A DNA stretch of 64,000 bases from Histomonas meleagridis 2922-C6/04-290x (taxonomy: Eukaryota > Protista > Parabasalia), in assembly GCA_020184695.1 (NCBI GenBank), contig JAANOX010000253.1, forward strand, positions 248,001-312,000. The letters are read 5' to 3'. The position numbers and the translations under genes were made by a program. The notes below the pieces were generated by a model. The model saw only the letters and a program-made list of their open reading frames with translations, was not told the origin of the DNA and ran no database searches. Of the stretch, positions 22,762 to 32,946 are shown piece by piece (positions within the stretch are counted from its first letter, which is position 1; each line of letters opens with the position of its first letter).

Positions 22762-25080
22762 ATGAAATTGTTTTTATTATTTAATTTTATATTTTGCGAA
22801 AATAGGAACACATACAAAGCTGTTAAGCGCTCAATAAATAATCCTGACAAAGATGAATTCTTAATTCCAATACCAAATTTTACAAGTGGAGAATGGGAAT
22901 ATACAGAAACAGTTGAAATAATTTCGGCTACACAAGTTAGAGTACCTCCTGGATTATCAGCTTCCAAATCGATCAGATATACAACAAATTTACAAGATTA
23001 TCCAAACCTTTCTTATCAATATTTTGTAAATAATTGTCCAGCTACAACACAAAATGATTATCCATCCGAAGTTTTATGTTATGTTGACATTTATAATTTC
23101 GAGTCACCTTTGTCAACTGATCCTCAATATGCATTACTAACAGTTTTAGGTCATGAAGAAGAATTTACGTTACCAGGGAAGCCTTACAATATTGGTCGTC
23201 TGACAATATTTTTACAAAATCTTGGCACAGAATCAGTAATTTTTTCACTTCCTGAACTAATGCTTCGAAGTTATATTTATGAACGTGCTGACTATATCGA
23301 AGAAAGTGAAGGAAAGGTTGTTGTTAATATTAAAGAAGGAGATGAATATCAACTTTCGACTCTTTTTTTAGAAAATCCATTTCCACTTCCGCCAAATTCC
23401 ATAAAATATGAATTTCAACTTCCACGTCTGCCAATCATTGCAAACTCGACGCATATTGTTGGCGTTGATATTGAATTTACAAATTTCTTCATTCCATGGG
23501 ATTTTGTAATAGATAATACAGCTAACTTTTTCCTAAATTTAACAGCTCGAAGAGATTTCTCCATCAGTTTTTATGTGCTTGAAGTAGAGACAACATCATA
23601 TTTAGATGCATTAGAGAAATGGCATGATAAGTTTCCTCATATTTATCATCATCAAGAATTTGGTGTTGGTTGTTGGGTATCATTTTATTTTGATAATAAT
23701 CGAGATGATCTTGACACGAATTATTTTGTTAAATTCTTTTGGGGCACATATGTAAAATATAAAAATTATCCAATGTTTGGATATGTTGAACCATCATGTT
23801 ATCATATATCTAATATGAGCATAGGAAATACGCCTGAAATTACTAAGCAAAAATTAGAAGAATGTTTGAATGATGAAACGAATGAAGGACGTGAAAAATG
23901 TTATTTAGCACTTCATTATACTCCACGATATTCAAATGGATCATTTGTTTCATTAAGAAATGAAAAGGAAACTTGGAATGATGGAATATTTGGGAATTTA
24001 CGTATGGAAGAATTTACATATCATTATTATTTCGATCAAGTTTTAGATACTATTATTAAAGATGATACAATTAATGGACTTGGATTAGATTCATTTAATA
24101 TTGATTATGATTCATATCAAGTTGAAAATGAAGATCCTTTTTTATATGTACCTTTTTTATTAAATGATAAAAAGAAAAATAAATATTTACCTTCAATAGT
24201 TGGTTTATTTTGGGCATTAACAAAAGCTGATCAAAACTTATCAACTTATGGTAAAAATTATTTCATGTCAAATACTAATACATTATATCCTCAATATATA
24301 AAATATATACAAATGGGAGGATTCGAAACAGATGTGTTTGAAAATTGGGGTGATCATCAAGCACATAATTTCTTCACTTTAAGATATTGTATGGGTTCAC
24401 GTGCCTTAAGTGTACTTGAAAATACAGATAATTCACGTGCATATACGAGAACAGAAAAATATTTTTCTATTTGTGCTTCACTTGGAATATTCCCTTCATA
24501 TTTTACTGATATTCCTGGAGAAAAACATTTTTGGGAAAGTGAAACTGATCTTGAAGCTAAAAGAGATGATTATAAAAGATGGGGAACTGTTTTAAATTAT
24601 ACTTTAGATCATACATATTATAGAGCTAATCGACTTGGAAGACTTAATTTTGTTGTCGAAACTGTACCTTTCGAAATCTCCAAATTATCAACTGTCAGTA
24701 TGTTTTGTAATAAGGAAAATGAGAAATGTTTTATTTGGGCATTGATAGCAGGAAAAGGAAAAATGGAAATTAATGTAAATGATAAAGTTCCTTTAAGTGA
24801 AGCGAAGTTATTATTTACAGCAAATAATTTGGAGGTGAATATATTGAATAATAATATTACACTTCGTCTAAATGATGTTGAAGATGATGACGCATATAGA
24901 GCTGCATGTGTTGAACTTGATTTTAATATGGAAAATCAGCCATCAATTGATAAAAAAGGTTTAAGTGATGGTGAAATTGCGGGAATTGTAATCGCAGTTG
25001 TTGCTGCAATCGCTATTGCTTGTGTTTTGATTTATGTTTTTGTAATTAGGAAAAAGAATGATAAATCTTCTTCGAATTAA
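22762..25080 (+). CDS. Type I membrane protein (signal peptide, large ectodomain, C-terminal TM)
   Basis: MKLFLLFNFIFC signal; GLSDGEIAGIVIAVVAAIAIACVLIYVFVI TM; aromatic-rich ectodomain. Confidence 0.75.
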   Translation: MKLFLLFNFIFCENRNTYKAVKRSINNPDKDEFLIPIPNFTSGEWEYTETVEIISATQVRVPPGLSASKSIRYTTNLQDYPNLSYQYFVNNCPATTQNDYPSEVLCYVDIYNFESPLSTDPQYALLTVLGHEEEFTLPGKPYNIGRLTIFLQNLGTESVIFSLPELMLRSYIYERADYIEESEGKVVVNIKEGDEYQLSTLFLENPFPLPPNSIKYEFQLPRLPIIANSTHIVGVDIEFTNFFIPWDFVIDNTANFFLNLTARRDFSISFYVLEVETTSYLDALEKWHDKFPHIYHHQEFGVGCWVSFYFDNNRDDLDTNYFVKFFWGTYVKYKNYPMFGYVEPSCYHISNMSIGNTPEITKQKLEECLNDETNEGREKCYLALHYTPRYSNGSFVSLRNEKETWNDGIFGNLRMEEFTYHYYFDQVLDTIIKDDTINGLGLDSFNIDYDSYQVENEDPFLYVPFLLNDKKKNKYLPSIVGLFWALTKADQNLSTYGKNYFMSNTNTLYPQYIKYIQMGGFETDVFENWGDHQAHNFFTLRYCMGSRALSVLENTDNSRAYTRTEKYFSICASLGIFPSYFTDIPGEKHFWESETDLEAKRDDYKRWGTVLNYTLDHTYYRANRLGRLNFVVETVPFEISKLSTVSMFCNKENEKCFIWALIAGKGKMEINVNDKVPLSEAKLLFTANNLEVNILNNNITLRLNDVEDDDAYRAACVELDFNMENQPSIDKKGLSDGEIAGIVIAVVAAIAIACVLIYVFVIRKKNDKSSSN

Positions 25081-25307
25081 TTATATAATATATGCATGAA
25101 TAAATTTGTTATATACGATTTTTATAAATTTATGTTTGGATTGACTAATAAAAATTCTTTATGTAAATTAATCATCTTCATTTATACAAAAAAGAAATGT
25201 TATCAAATGATTTTATTCAGAGCATTGATGTATTATTAAATAAAATACTTCATTGGCTATATAATATATTAATTATATACATAGAGAAGAAACAATAAAC
25301 TTCGAAA

Positions 25308-28300
25308 TTAATTAATATTATTTTCTTCATGTTTAAGAAGTAAATTAACAATTTCTGTATAACCATTTTCAGATGCTCTCATAAGTGCTGTCTTAAATGT
25401 TTTGAATAATTTCCAAATATTATTTTGAAATATTAAATTATTAAAATAAATTTTATATAAAACAAATAAATATTTTTCACATTGATATCAATTCCTTTTT
25501 GTGCAAGAAGTAATTTAACTATTTCTGTACAGCCTTTTTCAGATGCATTAATAAGTGCTGTTTTATATAATTTAAATAATTTCCAAATATTATTTTGAAA
25601 TTAAAAATTATTAAAATAAATTTTATATAAGAAAAATAAATATTTTTAGCATTGATATCAATTCCTTCTTGTTCAAGAAGTAATTTAATTACATCTGTTT
25701 GACAATTCCACGATGCTTCAATCAGTGCTGTATTAAATATTTAAAATGATTATCAAATATTAATTTGAATTTCCGAATATATTTAAAAAATATTAAATAA
25801 AACATATAAATATCTTTATTATTAATATCAATTCCTTTTTGTTCAAGAAGTAATTTAACTATTTCAGTATGACCATTTCTAGATGCAATATTAAGTATTG
25901 TATCAAATAATTTTAATAATTTCCATATATTATTTTGAAATTATAAATTATTAAAATAAATATTATATAAAACTTATAAATATTTTTATCATTAATATCA
26001 ATTCCTTTTTGTTTAAGAAGTAACTTAATGATTTCTGTACAGCCTTTTTCAGATGCCAACATAAATGCTGTCCAAAATAATTTGAAAAATTTCCAAATAT
26101 TATTTTAATATTTTAAAATATTAAAACAATTATAAAACAAAAAAAATAAATATCTTTATTATTGATATCAATTCCTTTTTGTTCAAGAAGTAATTTAACT
26201 ATTCCTATATTACCATTTTTAGATGCAATTATAAGTGCTGTATTAAAAAATAAAAATTATTTTTAAATATTATTTAAAAATATCAAATTAGTAAAATAAA
26301 TTGAAAATAAGAAATATATATATTTTTAGCATTGATATCAATTCCTTTTTGTTCAAGAAGTAATTTAACTATTCCTATATTACCATTTATAGATGCACAA
26401 ATAAGTGCTGTATTAAAAAAATTTGATAATTGTTAAATATTATTTTGATATATTAATTTATGAAAAAAAATATTGAATAAAATGAATAAATATCCTTTGC
26501 ATTAATATCAATTCCTTCTTGTTCAAGAAGTATTTTAACTATTTCTGTATTACTTTTTGAAGATGCATACATAAGTGCTGTTTTAAATAATTTAAACAAT
26601 TTCCGAATATTATTTTGAAATCTCAAATTAGTAAAATAAATTGAAAATAAGAAATATATATATTTTTAGCATTGATATCAATTCCTTTTTGTTCAAGAAG
26701 TAATTTAACTATTCCTATATTACCATTTATAGATGCACAAATAAGTGCTGTATTAAAAAAATTTGATAATTGTTAAATATTATTTTGAAATATAAAATTA
26801 TTAAAATTAATATTAAATAAAACAAATAAATATCTTTAGCATTAATATCAATTCCTTTTTGTTCAAGAAGTAATTTAACTATTTCTGTATTACTTTTTGA
26901 AGATGCATACATAAGTGCTGTTTTAAATAATTTAAATAATTACCGAATATTATTTTGAAATAAGAAAAAATTATAAAAATAAATTTTAAATAGAATAAAT
27001 AAATATCTTTAGCATTAATAACAATTCCTTTTTGTTCAAGAAGTAATTTAACTATATCTGTATTACCTTCTTCAGATGCAAATATAAGAGCTGTAGTAAA
27101 TATTTTAAACATTTTCCAAATATTATTTTGAAATTTTAAATTATTAAAATAAATTTTAAATAAAACAAATAAATATTTTTCACATTGATATCAATTCCTT
27201 TTTGTTCAAGAAGTAATTTAACTATTTCTGTATTACCTTCTTCATATGCAATAATAAGTGCTGTTTGAAATAATTTAAATAATTTCCATATATTATTTTG
27301 AAATATCAGATTATTAAAATAAATTTTAAATAAAACAAATAAATATCTTTAGCATTAATATCAATTCCTTCTTGTTCAAGAAGTAATTTAACAATATCTA
27401 TATGAAATTTTTTAGATGCCAATATAAGTGATGTATCAAGTATTTTAAATAATTACCAAATATTATTTTTAAATATCAAATCATTAAAATGAATTTTAAA
27501 TAAAACAAATAAATATCTTTGGAATTAATATTAATTCCTTTTTGCTCAAGAAGAAATTCAACTATTTCAATAAAGCCTTTTTTGGATGCATTTAAAAGAA
27601 CTTTAAAAATTTTGATAAAACATCAAATATTTTTTAGGATCTTTTAATTATTTTAATAAATATTATTTAAAAATATTAAACCTTTTCATGAATTGAATCA
27701 ATATATCCATTTTTTTTAATGTAATCCAATATTTCTTTGTTACCTGAAAACGTTTTTATAGAATTTAAATTTATTTTTATTCGATTTTTTGTTAAAAAAT
27801 ATTGAAAAAGGAATAAATCACCACTTTCTATTGATTGAATGACAAGTGAATCGCTGATTTTCATACCTTCTTCTACAAAAAAGGAAAGAAGTTCATAATT
27901 ATGAAATAAAACACATTTCTTTCCTAATTCTTCAAAGTTATCAATTTTTCCAATATTATTTTCATAAAGATATCGGAAAAGATCATTTCGATGAAATTCA
28001 ATTGCTGCTTCATATGCATTTTCAAATGTTGATTGATTTTGTTCACATAAATGAATGATTTCTTCGTTTCCACCTGCAACTGCATATTTGCCTGTATTTT
28101 CTATATTAGAATCATTCATGAGTAAATATTTGAAACATTTAACAGAAGTAAAAAATGCTGCATAATCAATTAATGAAACATCTTTTTGATTGATAAATGA
28201 ACATCTTTCATATAATGATGGTTCAATTGTTTGATTAAAATCGAAGTTTGTTTCTGATGATATTTCTTGAAGTTTTTCTATTTCATCATTTCGAATTATA

Positions 28301-28899
28301 TTTGCAATTTCATTTGGATTATGTCCTTCTTCTATTAATTTCTTATGAAGTTCCCAATCATTCTCTGATAATTCGATATATTTTTTAATGATACTGTTCC
28401 ACATTAATATTAAATTATCATTTATAGAGGAATCGAAGTATTTGTTAGTTAATCTATTTATTTCACAATCTGACATACGGTGAATAAAATATGGAGTTTT
28501 TATGTTTTTACAAATACTGAAATCAAAAAAGTTATTTTCGATCATTTTTTCTATAAGATAATATGATTCTTGCGTTTTTTTATATAATAAATATTTTATA
28601 AACATTTTTATTACGTTGTTGTTCTTTTTAAAAATTTCATTTTCTTTCTTTTCAAGTTCTTGTAAATATTTAATATATATTTTATGATGTAAACATTTTG
28701 TCTTAAAATGCATATATAAAATACTACAAATAATAAAATTAGATGAATGTGAAAATTCTTCATTAAAATATTTTAAAGACAATTCAACTGTTTCATTAAT
28801 GTTATCTTCATTCAAATCAAAAATAACCTTTTTAATGTGTTGTAATATTTGAAGGTTTTGTGCGTATTTCTTTTTAGTGCCACTTTGGTTTGATCCCAT
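25308..28899 (-). CDS. DUF3447/ankyrin-repeat gene A, interrupted by 14 non-canonical spacers
   Basis: N-terminal part 28899-27682 (YAAFFTSVKCFKYL, YAVAGGNEEIIHLCEQ) followed by 14 stop-free ankyrin modules (TAL..AS..G.TEIVKLLLEQKGIDINAKD), each preceded by an 80/83-nt spacer. Final module ends ...KHEENNIN-TAA at 25310-25308. About 865-880 aa if spacers are removed. Confidence 0.8.
25392..27681 (-). repeat. 170-nt tandem array: 90-nt ankyrin module plus 80-nt spacer (14 spacers)
   Basis: Spacers at 27602-27681, 27435-27514, 27265-27344, 27095-27174, 26922-27004 (83 nt), 26752-26831, 26582-26661, 26412-26491, 26242-26321, 26072-26151, 25902-25981, 25732-25811, 25562-25641, 25392-25471. Confidence 0.93.
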
Positions 28900-29202
28900 T
28901 AGTCAGATTTGACTAAAAAAAGTGACATGTGGCCAAGAGATTCGAATCTCTTCACATATTCCACATTAAATTCAAGGTAATTTTTCCTTGATAATATTTT
29001 GAATTGATTTTTTAAAGACATTTAAAATATATTAGACAATTAAATAATTTTGTATTTTGTTACTATGTAAATCAACAAATTTTGAGCTTTAAAAAAGTGG
29101 CACTTTGAGGTACCCCATGGCAATAAGGAACCGTTTATTAATATGGTTTGTAGAATACGTTAAAATCGCTTTTGAGAACGTTTATTTAAATCTGAAAGAA
29201 AG

Positions 29203-30042
29203 ATGTCCATAATCGACTCTCGCCCTGGTCCGCACTTTTTTTCAATGCCATTACATAACTATAAAGGGAAAATTCCATTTATTATTACAAACTTGATTAA
29301 CAGACTCGAAGAAAGAAATGCAGATCAACAAGAAGGGATATTTCGGTTAAGTGGACGAAAATCAGAAGTTGATAGGATATGCACTTTCATGGATAGGGCG
29401 CCTGTTACGGATTGGACCCAATTTGAAGACATGGATAATAATGTTATCGCCTGCGCACTTAAAAAATACCTACAAAATTTATCAAGTTTCGATCCCCTTA
29501 TTGGCAAAGACATCTCTGATGAGGTCAATTCTACTATTCAATTGTTTTCTGAAGATCCAACAATATATTCTCGACTTAAAAACCTTCTTGAGCACTCCCC
29601 TCTCACCCGACGAAATGCTCTTGCCTATGTTATGCATTATCTTAAAAAAATTGCCGATAACTCCGGGGTTAATAACATGAATTCTTATAATTTATCTGTT
29701 TGTTTTACACTAGCAATTTTCCCACAGACAGACACAATTGCTAGCGGTAACTCCATGAAAGCGTTTGAGCTCTTTATCAATGATTTTGAACAAATTTTTG
29801 ATCCATCTTGGTATGATGCAGCAAACATACTAACACCAGGTGATATCGAAAAACTCTCTGCGCCAATCATTGATATCAGTGACGCCAAGAATGAACAGAT
29901 GAGAAGAATGGTAAAAAAGTCATCTTTGATACCATATGATCGATCGATGCTTAGTACATTTTTCTTAATAGAACGACCAAATAGGCCACCACCGTCACCG
30001 CCACATTCACCGTCACAATCTCCCGCAGTAATACCGGAATAA
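29203..30042 (+). CDS. RhoGAP-domain protein
   Basis: QEGIFRLSG arginine finger, IACALKKYL, NNMNSYNLSVCF; Pro-rich tail. Confidence 0.93.
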   Translation: MSIIDSRPGPHFFSMPLHNYKGKIPFIITNLINRLEERNADQQEGIFRLSGRKSEVDRICTFMDRAPVTDWTQFEDMDNNVIACALKKYLQNLSSFDPLIGKDISDEVNSTIQLFSEDPTIYSRLKNLLEHSPLTRRNALAYVMHYLKKIADNSGVNNMNSYNLSVCFTLAIFPQTDTIASGNSMKAFELFINDFEQIFDPSWYDAANILTPGDIEKLSAPIIDISDAKNEQMRRMVKKSSLIPYDRSMLSTFFLIERPNRPPPSPPHSPSQSPAVIPE

Positions 30043-30206
30043 ACGCTATGTTTTATTAAATGTGATTTCAAATACACATAATTTGTAAAATAAAATTGGA
30101 TAAAGGCTTTCAAATTGTTGATTCTTAAATATTCTTTTAGAGAAAATAAGAAAAAGAAAAAAGTTCTTGCTGAAATGAAATACAAGAAAAATAACGTATT
30201 TTACAA

Positions 30207-30938
30207 ATGCCACCAAAAAGAGTTATAAAAGTGGTGCGCAAAAAAACACCAGTTGAACGAACACCCCGTATCCCTACAAAGCAAAAAGTAATTATATTAC
30301 GACGCGTAAAAGATGGTGAAGAATATGTTCATAGAGAAGAGATTCCTGCATCAATAGGACTACCAGAATATTACTCAGAAATGGAAGAAGCTAACAAAGA
30401 AATAAATGAACAAACAGAAAGATTTGATGGGAAAACAATTATTTTTTTAATTGGCGAACCAGGAAGTGGTAAAAGAACACAATCAGAAAAAATTGTCAAT
30501 GAATATAATATGGGCTACATTGATGCAGCTGAGCTGCTTCATTATGATTCAGAAGATCAAGAATCTGAAGAAACATATGTAAATATATTAAAGGAAGAAA
30601 TCATTTCTCAAAACAAAAACTCTTACGTCATTAGCGGATTTCCTATGAACATTGAACAAGCAGAAGAATTTGAAAAAATTGTTTGTGATATTACATTTGT
30701 TATATTTCTTGATGTTCCAACCGAATTTCTTTTTGAAAGCCTCTTAAAGCAAGACCCTGAATTTGCAGAAAAAAGTGAGTATGATGAAATTCGACTTGAG
30801 ATCCAATCACTTCATGAGGAATTAGAACAAGTTTTCGATCATTTCAACTCACTTGGGAAAGCTGCAAAAATTGATGGAAATCGAGAACCTGACGAAGTTT
30901 TTAGAAATATCCAAAATTTTATTCAAGAAATTGTATAA
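30207..30938 (+). CDS. Adenylate/UMP-CMP kinase-like protein (divergent)
   Basis: IFLIGEPGSGKRTQSEKI P-loop, YVISGFP, IDGNREPDEVF. Confidence 0.8.
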   Translation: MPPKRVIKVVRKKTPVERTPRIPTKQKVIILRRVKDGEEYVHREEIPASIGLPEYYSEMEEANKEINEQTERFDGKTIIFLIGEPGSGKRTQSEKIVNEYNMGYIDAAELLHYDSEDQESEETYVNILKEEIISQNKNSYVISGFPMNIEQAEEFEKIVCDITFVIFLDVPTEFLFESLLKQDPEFAEKSEYDEIRLEIQSLHEELEQVFDHFNSLGKAAKIDGNREPDEVFRNIQNFIQEIV

Positions 30939-31076
30939 ATTATTAGAAGCTATTCACGATATAAATAAAATTATTTATTATTTTATCATTTCCACAATTC
31001 TTTAATGAAATTTTTTTTTAATAACATTCATATAAATTATATTTATCTCAAATTAATAAAATATGTTATATCTTTA

Positions 31077-32501
31077 TTATTGTTCTTTATAATAATTCTC
31101 TTTTATACGATCAACTGTTTCAACAAAGTTTGGATTAAACCCAACTTCATCTAAAAAGTTAATAACGCTATTACCAAAGAAATATGTTTCCCTATAATTG
31201 AACGAGCACTTTTTCAATAAACATTTGAATGTTTGAATTGCCTTTTCAATTGTTATCTCTTGCGAAGACAACAAAATATCAATAAATAGATCCCAAAACT
31301 GATTTGGGAACAAATTTCCGAGTTGTGCAGGATCAAGCCCATCCAAAATATGCAAAAACAAATAAGCGCAATGCTCATGTATGCTATTTGATTTCTCGAT
31401 ATTATCGAAAGTCATTTTTATGATATTTAAAACATGATCAACAGGAAAATTCGGTGGCAAAGCACCAAAAGCATCAATGTAATATGTTAAAAGTAGTAAT
31501 AATGATTCAAATGTTTTATCATCCATATTAGGATTAGATAACATTTGAATAATGAATGGTAAATCAATTTTACTAATTAATATTCTTTTATATTCAGTTA
31601 TTTCGGATAAAAGTAATTCCGTTATTATATCAAGTGATCGATAATTACAATAGTTATAAAGAGAATCCAAAATTTCATCAATTATTCCATATTTAAATAT
31701 TTTTTCTTCGATAATTTTTGGCTTTTCCCAAAAAATTCTTTTAAGTGTTTGTGAAGAAATATTTATAATTGTTTCATCGTTAAGTTTATAAAGTTGTTTT
31801 ATTAATGTTAATAATCTTTTTTGACTTAAAATTTCTTTTTTGAATCCAATTTGTATATAACTGGTATAAATTGTCAAAAGATCTTTAATTGTTCTTATAA
31901 ATGTATCTACATCATCTTGTGACTGAATTTCATTCATACGAAGTAAATAATAATTAAGATAATTTAATGAAAGTTCAATAATTGGCGAATTAAGAATGAA
32001 TTCGCGCATTTGGGGAAAGGTTGAAAGCATCCATATAAAATGATATGTATTATAAGAAAGTAATATATATTGGCTTTCTCCTTGAAGCAGTGGATTTGAT
32101 AGGATTTGATGCAAAATTTGAAGATATTCTGGTGGAAATTTCATCAGAACAGAATCTTTATAGTGAATAATTAAACGTGATAGAGTACCTATAGACTTGA
32201 CTTTAACAGGAATACTTCTCAATATTATTAATTGAAAGAGAAAAGTTATCAAATCTGAATCAAATGAATTTATAAATTCATATGTTGGTATTTGTCCTTT
32301 ATCGAATTCTATATTAATATTGCATAGAGAGTCATATAATGCTTGCTCATTTTGTTTAGAATTTGTAAGAGTATCAATTAGAAACACCCATTTATGATGA
32401 CATTGTTCTTGTTCCTCAATAGATTCCTCAGCTAATGCAATGTCTTCGTGTAATGTTTTTTTCTTTTTTTTATTTATTGTCTTTGCTTTAAAATTTAACA
32501 T
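31077..32501 (-). CDS. Hypothetical helical-repeat protein
   Basis: 474-aa Leu/Ile-rich ORF; no specific family recognised. Confidence 0.65.
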   Translation of the reverse strand: MLNFKAKTINKKKKKTLHEDIALAEESIEEQEQCHHKWVFLIDTLTNSKQNEQALYDSLCNINIEFDKGQIPTYEFINSFDSDLITFLFQLIILRSIPVKVKSIGTLSRLIIHYKDSVLMKFPPEYLQILHQILSNPLLQGESQYILLSYNTYHFIWMLSTFPQMREFILNSPIIELSLNYLNYYLLRMNEIQSQDDVDTFIRTIKDLLTIYTSYIQIGFKKEILSQKRLLTLIKQLYKLNDETIINISSQTLKRIFWEKPKIIEEKIFKYGIIDEILDSLYNYCNYRSLDIITELLLSEITEYKRILISKIDLPFIIQMLSNPNMDDKTFESLLLLLTYYIDAFGALPPNFPVDHVLNIIKMTFDNIEKSNSIHEHCAYLFLHILDGLDPAQLGNLFPNQFWDLFIDILLSSQEITIEKAIQTFKCLLKKCSFNYRETYFFGNSVINFLDEVGFNPNFVETVDRIKENYYKEQ

Positions 32502-32946
32502 TTACCAAAGATTTTGGCCGCCGAATTTGGGGTGCACCAGTACAATCATGTATGGAATAAACGGCTTCCTTTTCTTTCTTTTCGTCACAAAAAAAAATTC
32601 AACATTTTAACTTTAACATTATTTGATAAAAAAGAAACCAAAATATTCTACTATGATAAAAATATTTCAATATTTTAAGAATTTCGAAAAAAATCAATAA
32701 ATTTGAGATTTCAAATTTTTTAAAAATAAAACACAAAATTATATTTATTAATGTACCTCTGTAGCATCAAAAAAATTGGCTTGTTTTTATTAAGGATAAT
32801 GTTCATTTTTTGAGAGTTACATTTTTTTCGCTTACATTACTCTTAACACACAAATGAACATCCGAACTATGACAATTTTAACATTTTTTTTTAATGATTT
32901 TAAATTTTATTAAGGAAAACATTTAAAATTTTTACTTACATAACAA

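Noticed and set aside
26727-27112. Short ORFs 26727-26912, 26879-27112 and 38153-38413 as separate genes
   Set aside because: They are single ankyrin modules read into the adjacent spacer; the F/L/I/Y-rich TM-like tails reflect AT-rich spacer composition.
25392-27681. CRISPR-like repeat-spacer array
   Set aside because: Eukaryotic context; the conserved part is a 90-nt protein-coding module and the spacers are homologous to each other; no cas genes.
28935-28952. tRNA gene
   Set aside because: Only a T-loop-like palindrome; no acceptor stem, D arm or anticodon arm.
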